Part shown: piece after piece, positions 58,140 through 64,000 of the stretch | How the letters are laid out: every line of letters starts with the position of its first letter | Numbering within the stretch: the first letter of the stretch is position 1 | Origin: the human T2T-CHM13v2.0 reference genome, Homo sapiens | DNA length: 64,000 nt | Assembly: GCF_009914755.1 (NCBI RefSeq) | Contig: NC_060947.1 | Direction: 5' to 3' (one strand) | Translations under genes and position numbers: made by a program | The notes under the pieces: model-generated | What the model was told of the DNA's origin: nothing | Databases searched by the model: none | Seen by the model: only the letters and a program-made list of their open reading frames with translations

Positions 58140-59230
58140 TTTTTGAGGTAAATTTACTTGATATGAATTTCACCATTTCCCCATTTTAACCTTTTTTTTT
58201 TTCACTTTAAGTTCCGGGATATATGTGCAGAATGTGCAGGTTTGTTACATAGGTATACATGTATCATGGTGATATGCTGCACCTATCAACCCGTCATCTA
58301 GGTTTTAAGCCCTGCATGCATTAGATATTTGTGCTAACGCTCTCCCTCCCCTTGCCCCTCACCCCCCAGCAGGCCCTGGTGTGTGTTGTTCCCCTCCCTG
58401 TGTCCATGTGTTCTCATTGTTCAACTCCCACTTATGAGTGAGAACATGCACTGTTTGATTTTCTGTTCCTGTGTTGGTTTGCTGAGAATGATGGCTTCTA
58501 TTTTTAAGTACACAATTTGGTGAAATTTAACACCTTGACAGTGTTGTACAGCCACCTGTCTAGTTCCGGTGCATTTTTATCATCTCCAAAGGGAACTCAG
58601 TACCCATTATGAAGTCCTTTCCCATTTCCCCCTCCTTCAGTCCCTGGAAGCTACTAATCTACTTTCTGACTCTATGGATTTGCCGTTCTGGACATTCCAT
58701 ATAAATTGGCTCATACACTATGTGCCTTTTGGGTCTGGTTTCTTTCACTTAAGGTGTTTTCAAGGTTCATCCATGTTATAACATACATCAGTACTTCATT
58801 CCTGTGTTCTTTCTGATTGAATACACTTAACATTTACCATTTAAACTATCTTAATTATACAGTCCTATGGAATTAACCACATTTACAGTGGTCATGTACC
58901 ATCACTCCCATCCATCTCCAGAACTTTTTTCATCATCCCCAACAGGAATTGTGTGTTCATTAAACACTAACTTCCTATTCCTCTCTCCTCCAGCCACTGG
59001 AAACTACCTCTCTACTTTATATCCCAGTGAACTGATTACTCTAGGTAGCTCAGATAAGCAGAATAATACAATATTTGTCCTTCTGTGTCTTGGTTATTTC
59101 TCTTTGCATAATGACTCATGTTTCATCCATGCTGCAGTATGTGTCAGAATTCCCTTTGTTTTTAAGGCAGAATAATATTATATACCACATTTTGTTTATC
59201 TACTCATCCATTGGTGGGCACTTGTGTTGC
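58140..59230 (-). mobile_element. Old L1M 3' UTR fragments with a nested short L1PA8-like 3' end (58192-58500)
   Basis: ctaggttttaagccctgcatgcattag (L1PA 3' UTR); ctctatggatttgccgttctggacattccatataaa (old L1M). Confidence 0.85.
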
Positions 59231-59372
59231 CTCCAACACAAGTGGAGGCATTTAGTTCTTTGGAGCATATGCCCATGTAACTGACAGGTTTGCATAATAC
59301 ATCTCACTGAATCCTGGACCACCTGGGAAAGTTCTCCTTTAAATGCCTGTGTTAGAGAAAAAGAATGTAATG

Positions 59373-59410
59373 CTATGACCCAAGTCTATGACCCAAGTCT
59401 ATGACCCAAG
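59373..59410. repeat. 13-bp tandem triplication
   Basis: ctatgacccaagt x3, last copy one base short. Confidence 0.95.
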
Positions 59411-59467
59411 ATCACAGGGTGACAGCAGGGGTTAGCTGGGATCTGAACTGAAATATTGCTGAGCTGT

Positions 59468-59850
59468 TGTGTTTGTCCATTTTGTGTTGTGTTGACGTGG
59501 GTAATTTATCAAGGAAGAAGCTTTATTTGGCTTATGGTTTTGCAGATTATACAAAAAGCATGACGCCAGCATCTCTGTCTGGTGAGGCCTGTGGAAGCTT
59601 TTACTCATTGTGGAAGGCAAGGGGAACCAGCGTGTCTCATGAGGAGAGAGATAGCAAGAGAGTGGGGGAAGATCTGAGACTCTTTTTAACAACTAGATCT
59701 CTTGTGAACTCATTGCCATGCAGAGGGCACCAAGCCATTCAGGAGGGATCCACCCCCATGACCCAAACCCTCCTGCCAGGGGCCACCTCCAACATTGGGG
59801 ATCACGTTTCAACATGAGATTTGGTGGGGGCAAATAGCCAAACCATATTA
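59468..59850 (-). mobile_element. MST (MaLR) solo LTR
   Basis: ggaaggcaagggga...gagggatccacccccatgacccaaac...caacatgagatttgg...aaaccatatta. Confidence 0.9.
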
Positions 59851-60106
59851 GTTCTCATCATTTTCATGGTGTATTATTAGTCCTTCTTGATTTAAAGTTC
59901 CATTGTGCGGCCAGCATTTCAATTAACATTTACATATATTTGCATATGAATGAGCATATTTAATACATAAGGTTTTATTTACCAAGTGTTCCATATTTTA
60001 TCTTTTATGATATTCACAACGTTTCATGTTGTGCAGGTGTTCCTGTTTTTTTGTTGTTCCACTCCTACCTGAGGAACAGCTAGGTTAACTGCTACTTTGG
60101 AGTAGG

Positions 60107-63854
<3,748 letters not shown>

Positions 63855-64000
63855 TTTTTTTAATTTTTATTTTATTTATTTATTTATTTTTTATTATACT
63901 TTAAGTTTTAGGGTACATGTGCACAACATGCAGGTTTGTTACATATGTATACATGTGCCATGTTGGTGTGCTGCACCCATTAACTCGTCATTTAACATTA
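63855..64000 (-). mobile_element. Younger L1PA (PA3/4-like) 3' end nested in the L1PA7-like copy; truncated by the window edge
   Basis: (TTTA)n tail then ttattatactttaagttttagggtacatgtgcacaac. Confidence 0.93.

Overview
Primate genomic DNA, almost certainly human, because it carries a human-specific AluYb8 at 50210. It is AT-rich, CpG-poor and dominated by transposable elements. I find no supportable host coding exon, RNA gene, CpG island or CRISPR array. The ORFs in the track that I can recognise are L1, Alu or ERV remnants, and the rest look like short chance ORFs. The layout is: a deep nest of L1s (1-16.1 kb); MIR/L2/MaLR/Alu scatter (16-26.6 kb); two L1MB-type copies, one carrying a solo LTR and a 5.25-kb two-LTR non-autonomous ERV1 (26.6-36.7 kb); mixed unique and old-repeat DNA (36.7-58 kb); and L1PA copies to the end. 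The most unusual non-TE structure is at 57.19-57.66 kb, where an interstitial telomeric tract grades through CCCTGA variants into about 31 phased copies of a 10-bp TGAC-core unit. Other notable items are a 22-nt candidate L1 3' transduction, an AluYb8 inserted into the head of an older AluY, and a mosaic Alu. I see no evidence for a new multi-gene system. Subfamily names come from recalled consensus sequences, and boundaries of old repeats are approximate.
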